From the NCBI GenBank assembly GCA_963843575.1, contig CAWJKZ010000014.1, positions 256,001 through 320,000 of the forward strand: DNA of 64,000 bases, written 5' to 3'. Under the pieces are notes generated by a model. It saw nothing but the letters and a program-made list of their open reading frames with translations. It did no database searches and was not told the DNA's origin. A program made the position numbers and the translations under genes. This DNA comes from an uncultured Acidobacteriota bacterium (GTDB taxonomy: Bacteria > Acidobacteriota > UBA6911). This document shows, piece after piece, positions 1-9,616 of this stretch. Within the stretch, counting starts at the first letter, position 1, and every line of letters starts with the position of its first letter.

Positions 1-1315
1 TAGCAGCACCACGAACCACTGCCAGAGCTCCCGGGTCAGCCCCGCGCTGTCTATCTCCTGCTGCACGATCGCGTCGGCCTCCCGCAACAGGGCCAGACGT
101 TCCTCCGATACGTTACCGAGTATCCTGACTGCGAGCCCGGGCCCGGGGAAGGGCTGGCGATGGACGAAGCTCGCCTCCAGGCCCAGTTCCTCCCCGACTC
201 TGCGGACCTCGTCCTTGAAAAGCTCCCGCAACGGTTCCACGAGTGCGAGACGCATGTCCGCGGGCAGGCCGCCCACGTTGTGATGCGTCTTGATCACGGC
301 CGACGGTCCCCGCACCGACATGGACTCGATGACGTCCGGGTAGAGGGTACCCTGCACGAGGAACTGCACTTCGCCTAGCTCGCGCGCGTGCTCCTCGAAG
401 ACGCGGATGAACTCCTCACCTATGATCCGGCGCTTCTGCTCCGGGTCCTCGACCCCTTCCAGACGTCTCAGAAAGCGCCGCCTGGCGTCGACCCCGATCA
501 CCTTGAGGTGCCGGCGCTCGCGGAAATTGGCGAGCACCGATTCGTACTCGTTCTTGCGCAGCAGGCCGTTGTCGACAAAGATGCAGCTGAGGCGCTCGCC
601 GATGGCCCGGTGCACCAGGAGTGCCGCCACCGACGAATCCACCCCACCGCTCAGGGCACAGAGCGCCCGGCCCCCGCCCACGCGCTCGGCTATTTCCTTG
701 ACCGACGATTCGACGAATGCGGCCATCGTCCAGTCGCGGCTGCAGCCGCAGGACCGCGTCAGGAATCGCTCGAGGATTTCGCTGCCGTGCTGAGTGTGCA
801 CGACCTCGGGATGAAACTGCAGTCCCCAGATACGCTTCTCGACATGCGCCGCCGCCGAGATAATGTCGCCGGAGCGGGCAAGGACGCGGAATCCAGGGGG
901 CAGGTTCGAGACGCGGTCGCCGTGGCTCATCCAGGTGCGGAACGTGGCAGGCAGGCCCTCGAAGATGCCGTCCGCCTCGATCACCTCGATGACCGCCTTC
1001 CCGAACTCGCGCTGGTTGCCGGGGACCACGGTGCCTCCGCAGCTCTGGCATATCAGCTGCAACCCGTAGCAGATGCCCAGAACGGGAATGCCGCTGGCCA
1101 GCACCTCCGGGGCGAGACGCGGGCTGCCTTCGCGGCAAACCGAATCCGGGACCGCCGGAAAGGATGATGCCGCGCGGACGCAACACGTCGATGCGCTCGG
1201 CCGCCTGGGAAAACGGTGCAATCTCGCAGTACACCGAAAGTTCCCGGACACGCCGGGCGATCAACTGGGTATACTGGGAACCGAAATCTAGGATGAGGAC
1301 GGTTTCGCGGTGAAT
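1..1315 (-). CDS. guaA: GMP synthase (glutamine-hydrolysing); runs off the left edge; 1-nt frameshift near 1147
   Basis: [18 protein letters not shown]...GIILSGGP, then in a second frame VLGICYG, WMSHGD, LQFHPEV, LSGGVDS. The start is probably ATT at 1315 (see findings). Confidence 0.93.
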
Positions 1316-1356
1316 GGTGTGCTCCCGGTTTTTGGAAAGTTCGAAGCGGCACCCAT

Positions 1357-1385
1357 ACAATAGCCGACCCCCTTCAAGTTTTCAA
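1357..1385 (-). promoter_or_regulatory. Putative sigma70 promoter of guaA
   Basis: Minus strand reads TTGAAA-17nt-TATTGT. Confidence 0.5.
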
Positions 1386-1462
1386 CAGAATGGACCACCG
1401 GAACCGGCAGCGGTCGTAATCTGACCCCTGCGGCGCGGCCGGCTGCGCTCTTATTTCGGGCT

Positions 1463-2461
1463 ATGGGAAGTATCACATTTTCCGCACCTTGGCTACTCTC
1501 GGCGGCAGTGCTGCCCGTGATTCTCTCCGCGTCGCACGTTTTTCGCCGCACCCGGCCTCCTAGCGTCGGCTGCCCCGCGGTGGCGTGGCTGCCCGGCCGC
1601 GGCGGGCAGGGAACCGCGGCAGCGGTCCTCGTCCCGCAGCTGCGCTATCTGGCGATGTTCGCGCTCGTGCCGCTGCTGGCCGGCATGGAGGTGGCGGGCC
1701 CGAGGAGTGCACCCGCAGCGCCCGTTGGGGTGGCGCTCGTGGTGGATACATCGAGCTCCATGACCGCCGAAGACTTCCGCCCCGCGGGCCGGCTGGAGGC
1801 GGCCAAAGACAAACTCGCAGACTTCGTGCGCTCAAATCCCAAGCTGGAGATAGGCCTGGTCACTTTTTCAGGTACGTCGAGGCTGGTCGCGCCCATAACA
1901 GCGGACCACGGCGCGCTTTTGCAGGCGATGTCCCGGATCAGTCCGGCAACTTACGGGGAAGACGGGACGGCGATAGGCAGCGGGCTTGGAAGCGCGCTGA
2001 ACCGTCTGCGCGGCGGGCCCTGGGCCGCGCGCCGGATCGTACTCATCACAGACGGCGTGAGCAACCGGGGGGCCGTCGCTCCGGGCGACGCCGCGGAGAT
2101 GGCCAGGATCCTCGGGGTCGTGATCGACGCCGTCGGGATGGGGACCGACGCGCCTACCCGGCTTCGGGTCCCGGGCGCGGAAGGAGAACAACTGCAACTG
2201 CAGGCGCGCATTGACATCGACGACGAGGCACTCGACAGGATCAGCCAGAGAACCGGTGGGGAATACCGCCGGGTCCGCTCCTCCGAGGAACTGGGCCGGG
2301 CACTCGAGGCTGTGGCGGCGCGCACCGCGGCACCCGAGGCGTCGATCCAGCCCGGTCCGGACGCTTTCTGGCCGAGACTGCTGGCCCTCACCGCCGCGGG
2401 GCTGCTCCTGCTCGAGTATGCGCTGCAGCGTTTTGTATTGACCGAACTGCCTGGTGGATAA
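1463..2461 (+). CDS. BatA-like VWA-domain membrane protein
   Basis: MIDAS motif DTSSSM, GTAIGSGL and LITDG; N- and C-terminal TM helices; IDDEAL..I...TGGEY.R typical of BatA. Confidence 0.85.
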   Translation: MGSITFSAPWLLSAAVLPVILSASHVFRRTRPPSVGCPAVAWLPGRGGQGTAAAVLVPQLRYLAMFALVPLLAGMEVAGPRSAPAAPVGVALVVDTSSSMTAEDFRPAGRLEAAKDKLADFVRSNPKLEIGLVTFSGTSRLVAPITADHGALLQAMSRISPATYGEDGTAIGSGLGSALNRLRGGPWAARRIVLITDGVSNRGAVAPGDAAEMARILGVVIDAVGMGTDAPTRLRVPGAEGEQLQLQARIDIDDEALDRISQRTGGEYRRVRSSEELGRALEAVAARTAAPEASIQPGPDAFWPRLLALTAAGLLLLEYALQRFVLTELPGG

Positions 2462-2464
2462 ACT

Positions 2465-3310
2465 ATGCCGGCCTCCCACGGACTTATAATCGCTGGAGTC
2501 GTAGCGGCGCTCTCCTGCGCGACGGTGGCAGCCGAGGTCCTGCGTTCCCATCGGGAGAAGCTCTTGGGAGATCCGCACCTGCTCGGGATCGCCGAGGGCT
2601 GGAGAGTGAAGGCGGCGAGGGCGTCGCTGTTTGTCGCGGCTGTTGGCGCCGTTTCGATGATTGTGGTCATGCGCGGCGAAGCGCCGGGAACCGGGCTGCC
2701 CGTGCCCGAGCTGGCCTTTTTGATCGATGCGGGGAAGGGAGACCCGCTCGCCGTGGCGCGCGGCGCGGCGACCGACGCCATACGCGCCCTGGCAGCGCAA
2801 TTCCCGGGCGCCAGAGTTGCGGTCTTCCGTTCGACCGAGCCGCTGCAGGAGCTTGCACCCGCGACCCTCGACCTGGAAGGGGCCCTCATCCTGGTCGACC
2901 GCGTCGTCGACGATGAGGCCGCCGGGACATCCCTGGCCGGGCCTGCCGGGGCTCTGCTCGAATCCGGGGACGCTCGACGATCCCTGGTCGTCGTAACCAG
3001 GCAGACGAAGTCGGATATCGAGAGGCTGTTTGCCCGCGAGGGCCTGTCCCCCGCGCTTGCCGTGTGTGTCGGCGAAGACGGCCGCGGTGACTTCGGCGCC
3101 CAAACGACGGGCGGTCGATGGGTGTGGGCCTCGGAACCCGGCCGTCCGGCGTCGCTCGTCCGGGAGACGAACCGGACGAGCACGGGATTGAGCGCGGGAT
3201 TCGGGGGCTTCGACCCGGTACAGTTGCTCGCCGCCTTCGCCCTCCTGCTGCTGGCCGCCGAACGACTGTTGCACTGGAGGCACGGCTACCGGCGGGGGGA
3301 TGCGCAGTGA
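2465..3310 (+). CDS. BatB-like degenerate VWA membrane protein
   Basis: Follows the BatA-like gene; TM-VWA-like-TM layout (LAFLIDA..., LAPATLD); MIDAS motif degenerate. Confidence 0.55.
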   Translation: MPASHGLIIAGVVAALSCATVAAEVLRSHREKLLGDPHLLGIAEGWRVKAARASLFVAAVGAVSMIVVMRGEAPGTGLPVPELAFLIDAGKGDPLAVARGAATDAIRALAAQFPGARVAVFRSTEPLQELAPATLDLEGALILVDRVVDDEAAGTSLAGPAGALLESGDARRSLVVVTRQTKSDIERLFAREGLSPALAVCVGEDGRGDFGAQTTGGRWVWASEPGRPASLVRETNRTSTGLSAGFGGFDPVQLLAAFALLLLAAERLLHWRHGYRRGDAQ

Positions 3311-4608
3311 AGAACATAGTCGCGCTACTGCTCTTCGCCTGGTTGTCCGCCCGTGCCGCGGCGGCCGACCGGGTAGAGACCAGGGTTGCCCCGGACATGA
3401 GCATCGTGACCGAAACCGCGTTGGCTTCGCCCTTCGTGGGCCAGCAGGTCGCGATCGCCTATCGGCTCAGGGTAGTGGAGCCCCCCGCTGCGGTGGACGT
3501 CGACCCGCAGCAGTTCGCCGGCTTCTGGGTTGAGCCGGCGCCGCTCAGCGATTCCGGGCGCATGCGCGCATCCGACGGGAGGTTCGCAGAATACACACTG
3601 CGGCAGGTGGTCGTCTTCCCCCTGTATGCCGGGGAGGCCTGGATTCCCCCACTGCGGGTCAAGATCCGGCGGTCCCTTTCCGCCGCCGACGCCGGCAAAT
3701 GGGACGTAATTGGCGTATCGGACGCCGTCCGCCTCGACGTGCGGGGCGTGCCTGGTAGCCGAGAGAGAGTTCCCCTGGTCGGTACCGTTTCGGGCAGGAT
3801 GTTCGAGGAGAGCCGCGGCGGTGGCAGCACGCTATTTCTAGAGCTCACGGGCACGGCCCTGCTCGCACTTTTCGACCCGGCTGCGTGGTCGGTCGAAATG
3901 CCGGAGAAACGGGTAAGGGCACAGCAGGTCGATTACGACAGCATGGTCCTGCCGGGCGACCTGAAGGGAGGAGGACTGCCGTCACTGGTGCTGCGGCGAC
4001 GGTGGGAAATCCGGAGCGCGGGTGCGACGGCCTTCTCGGCACTCACGTTCCCCGTGTTCCAACCGGAGTCGGGGGAACTCAAGGTCGTGCGCATCCCTCA
4101 CCCGGTGCAGAGCGCTGCCCCTGCGACGGGGCAGGCCGGCATGCCGGTCGGGGCGGGCGTTCAAACTGAAGGGACGCGCTCCAGGCCGACGCCGGTCCTC
4201 TGGTTCCTTGCGGCTGCCGCCGCCGCCGCGGCGTGGCTTCTTCTGCGCCGCATCCGGCAGGGGGCGCATCCCGCCCTGCGACAGGCGGTCCGCGGCCTGC
4301 GCAGCCTGCTGGACGGCGAGGAGAAGATGCTGACCGCCCCTCACCCGTACTTCGAAGCCGCCCACCGCGTCCTGCAGCACTGCAGGGGAGCGCTGTCGGA
4401 AAACGCCGCCGCGCGCCGGAAGCTCGAGGTGTGCCGCGCGCTGGTCGAACGGTGGCGGTTCAGCCCGACTGCCCCGCCCCCGGAGGCGAGACGGGAAGTC
4501 ACGCGTTTCTTCGGGGACTTGCTGTTCGAATGCGAGACATCGGCCCGGAGGTCTGTCGCGGAATATAGTCCCACTCCTTCTCAAGCCAAACCGCACATGC
4601 TAGAGTGA
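3307..4608 (+). CDS. BatD-like exported protein
   Basis: GTG start overlaps the upstream TGA; signal peptide; PFVGQQV..Y and VVFPLYAGE motifs; C-terminal TM helix. Confidence 0.65.
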   Translation: MKNIVALLLFAWLSARAAAADRVETRVAPDMSIVTETALASPFVGQQVAIAYRLRVVEPPAAVDVDPQQFAGFWVEPAPLSDSGRMRASDGRFAEYTLRQVVVFPLYAGEAWIPPLRVKIRRSLSAADAGKWDVIGVSDAVRLDVRGVPGSRERVPLVGTVSGRMFEESRGGGSTLFLELTGTALLALFDPAAWSVEMPEKRVRAQQVDYDSMVLPGDLKGGGLPSLVLRRRWEIRSAGATAFSALTFPVFQPESGELKVVRIPHPVQSAAPATGQAGMPVGAGVQTEGTRSRPTPVLWFLAAAAAAAAWLLLRRIRQGAHPALRQAVRGLRSLLDGEEKMLTAPHPYFEAAHRVLQHCRGALSENAAARRKLEVCRALVERWRFSPTAPPPEARREVTRFFGDLLFECETSARRSVAEYSPTPSQAKPHMLE

Positions 4609-4731
4609 TGGCCGTCCAGTCGCTTGGATAGGTTGTCGGACGGGACTTCGGCCTTTCGCGGGCGTGGGTGACGGGTGTGGAGCGCAAGGTGCGCGTCCCG
4701 CCTGACGGTTGCTGGGTTGACTGGGGGGAGA

Positions 4732-5571
4732 ATGGAGATCCTTGCGGCGGGGATTCTCGGGTTGGTTCAGGGTCTTACTGAATTCCTGCCGGTCAGCAGC
4801 TCGGCACACCTGATCCTGGTGCCCTGGATTTTCGGTTGGGAACCGAACGGGTTGATCTTTGACGTGTCACTGCACGTTGGGACCGCGATCGCCGTTCTGG
4901 CCTTTTTCTGGAAGGATTGGCTGGTTCTGGCCCGGGAGGGGATCACCGGGGTGTTACAGGGCCGGCCGTTCGCAGGTACCGAGCGGAGGCTGGCGTGGTT
5001 CCTGTTGGTCGGCACCATCCCGGCGATGCTGGTGGGCCTCGCCTTCGAGCACACGGTCGAGGACGCGTTTCGCTCCCCGATCGTTACGGTGGTGACTCTG
5101 GTCGTTTTCGGCCTGCTGCTCTTTGTCGCTGACCGCAGAGGGCGCCAGAACCGGACGCTGGCGCAGTTGACCCTGACCGACACGATCCTGATCGGGGTCG
5201 GTCAGGCACTTGCGTTGATCCCGGGCGTTTCGAGGAGCGGGATCACGATCAGCGCGGCAATGCTGAGGGACATGGACCGACCGTCGGCCGCTCGCTTCTC
5301 GTTTCTTCTGGCCACCCCTGTTGTCGTCGGCGCCGGGTTGCTGGAAGGCTGGCACTTCCTCAAGGCGGTCCGCCAGCCGGTCGGCGGACCCGAGGCACTT
5401 TCCGGGACGGGCTGGTTGGTGCTGGCGGTGGGAGTGGCGACCGCGGCGGTGACGGGGTTCCTGTGCATACGCTACTTCCTGCGCTACCTGCAGTCGAACA
5501 CCTTCACTCCGTTTGTCGTCTATCGTATCGCGCTGGCCGGGATCGTCCTGGTCATGTACCTGCGGGTGTGA
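4732..5571 (+). CDS. uppP: Undecaprenyl-diphosphatase
   Basis: GLVQGLTEFLPVSSSAH, PGVSRSGITI and AARFSFLL motifs. Confidence 0.96.
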   Translation: MEILAAGILGLVQGLTEFLPVSSSAHLILVPWIFGWEPNGLIFDVSLHVGTAIAVLAFFWKDWLVLAREGITGVLQGRPFAGTERRLAWFLLVGTIPAMLVGLAFEHTVEDAFRSPIVTVVTLVVFGLLLFVADRRGRQNRTLAQLTLTDTILIGVGQALALIPGVSRSGITISAAMLRDMDRPSAARFSFLLATPVVVGAGLLEGWHFLKAVRQPVGGPEALSGTGWLVLAVGVATAAVTGFLCIRYFLRYLQSNTFTPFVVYRIALAGIVLVMYLRV

Positions 5572-5593
5572 GGCCCGTCGCGTCAGGTAGGGC

Positions 5594-6937
5594 TCACGGC
5601 TTCGGTTTTTTCCTGCCCTCGATCTCCTTCAGGATTTCCTGGATGCGCCGTTCCATCCCCTGATCCGTAGGGTGGTAATAGCGCCGGTGCCTGAGGGACT
5701 CGGGGAGGCAGTCCATGTCGGCCACTTTCCCCTCGACGTCGTGTGCGTACTGGTAGTCGCGTCCGTACCCGAGCTCCTTCATGAGCCGCGTGGGAGCGTT
5801 TCGGATGTGCAGGGGGGGCGGCTCGTTGAACGTCTGCTGGACGTCCGATTCGACCTCGCCGTAGGCGGTATACAGCGCATTCGATTTTGGGGCGACCGAG
5901 AGGTACACCGCAGCCTGCGCAAGCGCCAGCTTGCACTCCGGAAGGCCAACCAGGCGCACCGCTTCCGTGGCGTTCAGCGCCACGGTCAAGGCGCGGACGT
6001 CGGCCATTCCCACGTCCTCCGAAGCAAACCGTACCATGCGGCGCGCGATGTAGACGGGGTCCTCCCCCCCCTCGAGCATGCGCCCCAGCCAGTACAGCGC
6101 GGCGTCAGGATCGCTGTTGCGCATCGATTTGTGCAGCGCGGAAATGAGGTTGTAGTGTTCCTCGCCGGTCTTGTCGTACTGCGGGAGTTTGCGTTGCAGC
6201 GCCGCTTCCAGGTCGTCCGGGGTGAGGGTCGGTTCGGCGGTCCCGGCGCGGTTGCGAGCCAGCGAGACGGCGATTTCGAGGGTGTTGAGCGCGACGCGGG
6301 CGTCGCCATTGGCGAAAACGGCGAGACGGCCGAGCACGCCCTGCGCGACCGCGATGCGGGTCCTGCCGAGCCCCCGGTCCGCGTCCTCGAGCGCCTGGGC
6401 GACGATGCGCTCAACCTCGTCGGGGGTCAGCGGGTTCAGGACATAAACTTTCGCTCGCGACAGCAGCGCACCGATGACCTCGAACGAGGGGTTTTCGGTG
6501 GTGGCGCCAATCAGAACGACGACCCCGGACTCGACATAGGGGAGGAAAGCGTCCTGCTGGGCCTTGTTGAAGCGGTGGATCTCGTCGACAAAAACCACGG
6601 TCTTGGTGCCCGAGGTGCGGTAGCGGCGCTCCGCCTCCGCCATCACCGACTTGATCTCCTTTATCCCCGAAAGGACGGCGCTGTAGGAGACGAAAGGGGA
6701 GCGCGTCTCTCTGGCGACGATGCGCGCGAGCGTGGTCTTCCCGGTTCCTGGCGGGCCCCACAGAATGATGGACATCAGCTGGTCCCGCCGGATCATCTCC
6801 CGGAGCACTTGCCCGGCACCCACGAGGTGAGCCTGCCCGACAAGCTCATCGAGGGTGCGCGGCCGCATGCGTTCGGCAAGGGGGGCTTCGAACGGATCCG
6901 GCCGGCCGGGGGGGTCGGGGAACAGCGGTCTGCTCAT
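5594..6937 (-). CDS. rarA: Replication-associated recombination protein A (MgsA/RarA)
   Basis: PLAERMRPRTL, GPPGTGKT, DEIHRFNKAQQD and ISALHKSMRNSD motifs. Confidence 0.96.
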   Translation of the reverse strand: MSRPLFPDPPGRPDPFEAPLAERMRPRTLDELVGQAHLVGAGQVLREMIRRDQLMSIILWGPPGTGKTTLARIVARETRSPFVSYSAVLSGIKEIKSVMAEAERRYRTSGTKTVVFVDEIHRFNKAQQDAFLPYVESGVVVLIGATTENPSFEVIGALLSRAKVYVLNPLTPDEVERIVAQALEDADRGLGRTRIAVAQGVLGRLAVFANGDARVALNTLEIAVSLARNRAGTAEPTLTPDDLEAALQRKLPQYDKTGEEHYNLISALHKSMRNSDPDAALYWLGRMLEGGEDPVYIARRMVRFASEDVGMADVRALTVALNATEAVRLVGLPECKLALAQAAVYLSVAPKSNALYTAYGEVESDVQQTFNEPPPLHIRNAPTRLMKELGYGRDYQYAHDVEGKVADMDCLPESLRHRRYYHPTDQGMERRIQEILKEIEGRKKPKP

Positions 6938-7773
6938 GGTTCATGCTCCTCAACCACGGGGTGACGGTCGGCCTGGACACGATGACGGCGGACTTCGAAT
7001 GCGATGACCGCTCCCGCCGCCGCGACATTCAGGGATTCCACCCCCGACGCCATGGGGATGCGGATGGCCGGTAGGTTCGACCAATCCTGGTTGCCGAATC
7101 CCTGCCCCTCGTTGCCGAGCAGTATCCCGGTCGCTTCCGGGAAGCGCAGCCTGGTGATATCCTCACCTTCCGACGCGGAGGCTCGGTACAATCCGACGCC
7201 GCTCTCGGCGCTACGCTCGAGCAGTTCCGGAGGCGGAACCCGCTCCACAACGGCTATCCGGAAAAAAGCGCCCGCGCTCGCCCGGATGGTCTTGGGGTTG
7301 CGCGCCGACACCGTCCCCGGCGTGGCGCAGACAAACGAACATCCCGCGGCGGCGGCTGTGCGGATGAGGGAACCGAGGTTGCCCGGGTCCTGGATTTCGC
7401 AGGCGCACAGGAAGAAGGGTTTCGTGCTGCGCATGACCGCCGCGAGGCCCAGCACGGGAATCCGCACCAGCGCCACCGCCCCTTGCGGTGCCACGACGCC
7501 GGAGACACCTTGATAAAGCCTGTCGCCGGCGCGGTAGATCCGCACGCCGGCCGATGCGCAGGAATCGAGCAGCGTGCGCTCTCGCGCGTTTGCACCGAAA
7601 CTCTCGGAGACGAGAAGGGCCTCCACCGGGCAGAGGTTGCGCATCGCCTCCTCGACGAGACGCACCCCTTCGGCCACGACGAGTTCTTCCGGCACGCGGC
7701 GGGATTGGGCCGAGGCGAGCCGTATCGTTTTGAGCACGGGATTGTCCCGGCTGGTGATGAACCGCACGCCCAT
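6934..7773 (-). CDS. TrmH/SpoU-family RNA methyltransferase
   Basis: ITSRDNP, IQDPGNLGSLIRTA, LGNEGQG and VESLNVA motifs. Confidence 0.93.
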   Translation of the reverse strand: MGVRFITSRDNPVLKTIRLASAQSRRVPEELVVAEGVRLVEEAMRNLCPVEALLVSESFGANARERTLLDSCASAGVRIYRAGDRLYQGVSGVVAPQGAVALVRIPVLGLAAVMRSTKPFFLCACEIQDPGNLGSLIRTAAAAGCSFVCATPGTVSARNPKTIRASAGAFFRIAVVERVPPPELLERSAESGVGLYRASASEGEDITRLRFPEATGILLGNEGQGFGNQDWSNLPAIRIPMASGVESLNVAAAGAVIAFEVRRHRVQADRHPVVEEHEP

Positions 7774-7776
7774 GGT

Positions 7777-8556
7777 TCACTGCCTGCCCGGGGCGATCGA
7801 AAACGCCCGGAGTTGTTCGACGCTCCCCAGCACCACGCGTTCAACCGGGAATGCCCCGGAATTGAGCAAGGCGTAGGCGAGTTCCCGCGCCGGCCCTTCT
7901 TCCCGGTCGGAATGGACCTTGTTCACGTATACGAGCAAGCGCATGCCGGGGCGCCAGTCCCGGCAAACCCCTTCGGGGTGAAGCAGGATCGACGCGGCCA
8001 GTTGTGGCGTCAGCAGCTCTCCCTCCCGCAAGGGGAGCCGGGCGGAGAGGATTTCCCAACGGAAGATCGCCTCCGGGCCGAGCAGGCGGCCGAGGCAGTC
8101 GGCTCCGATCACGGCGACGAGGCAATCACCGCCTTCCATGAGGACGGGCTCCCCGGGACGGGGAAACTTCAGCGACATGCTGCGGGCGCCATCGGCCTCA
8201 TTCAGGATGAGCGGGAAGTAGGCCCGCAGATCCCGCGCGAAGTCGGGCGGCACACCGCCGAGCAGGCCAGGCCCGACGGGCAGGCGAGTGGCCACCAGTC
8301 GGCTGTATCCCGGAGGGCAGAAACGCGCCGACCGGCCCAACATCGCCTTCAGCAGCGGCAGATCGTCGCAGGAGAGGACCGAGATGCCTCCCGCAGGATG
8401 TGGCGGGTGGATTCTCGTGGTCGTGGTGTACAGCACCGGCTGCGCCTGCCCCATTTCATCGACCAGCCGGAGGATCAGGCTGGTCTTGCCGCCGCCGCCG
8501 ACGAAGTTCACCAGGGTCGGGAGTTGGAATTCGAACTGTTCCGAGAACACAGGCAT
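7777..8556 (-). CDS. yqeC: YqeC-like selenium-dependent hydroxylase accessory protein
   Basis: VGGGGKTSLI, YTTTTRI and NEADGARSMSLKFP..GEPV motifs. Confidence 0.75.
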   Translation of the reverse strand: MPVFSEQFEFQLPTLVNFVGGGGKTSLILRLVDEMGQAQPVLYTTTTRIHPPHPAGGISVLSCDDLPLLKAMLGRSARFCPPGYSRLVATRLPVGPGLLGGVPPDFARDLRAYFPLILNEADGARSMSLKFPRPGEPVLMEGGDCLVAVIGADCLGRLLGPEAIFRWEILSARLPLREGELLTPQLAASILLHPEGVCRDWRPGMRLLVYVNKVHSDREEGPARELAYALLNSGAFPVERVVLGSVEQLRAFSIAPGRQ

Positions 8557-8635
8557 CCTTTCAGGATACGGTATTCCGACTGCAAGCGCAGTCGCTGCGC
8601 TTGCGGGAAACGCAACGACGGCTCGCCGACGGCGC

Positions 8636-9616
8636 CTAGGTGAAGTCGGTCTCCAGAACAGCCATTTGACGGACGTCGGCGCGGGTTCGATACAGCAGGT
8701 AGACGATCCCCCCGGGGATGGCCGACAGCACGATGACGGCGGACGACACGAGACCGAGCGCCAGGCACGCCTCGTGCTCCACCCCGATAGCCCCGAAAAG
8801 GCTGACGAACGCGTACTCGCGCAGGCCCATGCCGTTCAGACTCACCGGGACCATCGAAATCAGCGTGATGACGGGAACGAAAATCAGGAAGTACCTGAAG
8901 GGCACCGAGATGCGCAACCCCAAAGCCATGGTCGATGTCACGGTGATGACAAGCAACTGGTTGACCAGCGAGATCAGGAGCGCGCCGACGAGAACCCCCG
9001 GGTACCTGCGCATCGAAAGGAAGACGTTGAATACGGCATCGACTTTCCTGGCTGCGGCGCCCAGTTTTGCCCTCCGGAGTATTCCCGTAACGACGCCGTG
9101 CAGGCCAGGCGTGAAAATGGCCAGGTTCGCGCACGCGAAAGCAGCGCAGGCGCCCCAGATGATCAGGCGGGCGGGGATCCCGGGGATGGTCACGGATTGG
9201 GCCAGCGTCGCGGCACAGGCGATCAGCATCATCGCCAGCATCCCCGCGTCGCGGTCCAGAAAAGTCGTGGCGAAACTCTCGGCAAAGCGCCTGGAGGGTT
9301 TGCCGGCGTAATACACCTTCACTACGTCGCCGCCGATTACGGTTGGAAAGGCCAGGTTGAAAAAGAGACCCATACAGAAGATCCCGAAGAGCCGCGGCAC
9401 CGGGATAGAGGACATGACGGGACGCATCAGGAGTCGCCAGCGGAGCGTACAGATGAAGTGGGCGAACCAGAGCAGGAGCACTCCGAGCAAAAGCACGTCC
9501 CACCTTGCGTTGTGCAGCGTCGCGGCGAACTCCGCCAAGTCGAGCTTGCGGAAGAGAAGAAAGAACAAGGTGCCCGTGACAGCCGCCTTGAATGTCCCGG
9601 CCAGAATGGCTTTCAT
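8636..9616 (-). CDS. UPF0104 / lysylphosphatidylglycerol synthase TM-domain (flippase-like) protein
   Basis: LRWRLL, GLFFN..PT.IGGD and PVSLNGMGLRE motifs; multiple TM helices; ATG overlaps the upstream stop. Confidence 0.88.
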   Translation of the reverse strand: MKAILAGTFKAAVTGTLFFLLFRKLDLAEFAATLHNARWDVLLLGVLLLWFAHFICTLRWRLLMRPVMSSIPVPRLFGIFCMGLFFNLAFPTVIGGDVVKVYYAGKPSRRFAESFATTFLDRDAGMLAMMLIACAATLAQSVTIPGIPARLIIWGACAAFACANLAIFTPGLHGVVTGILRRAKLGAAARKVDAVFNVFLSMRRYPGVLVGALLISLVNQLLVITVTSTMALGLRISVPFRYFLIFVPVITLISMVPVSLNGMGLREYAFVSLFGAIGVEHEACLALGLVSSAVIVLSAIPGGIVYLLYRTRADVRQMAVLETDFT

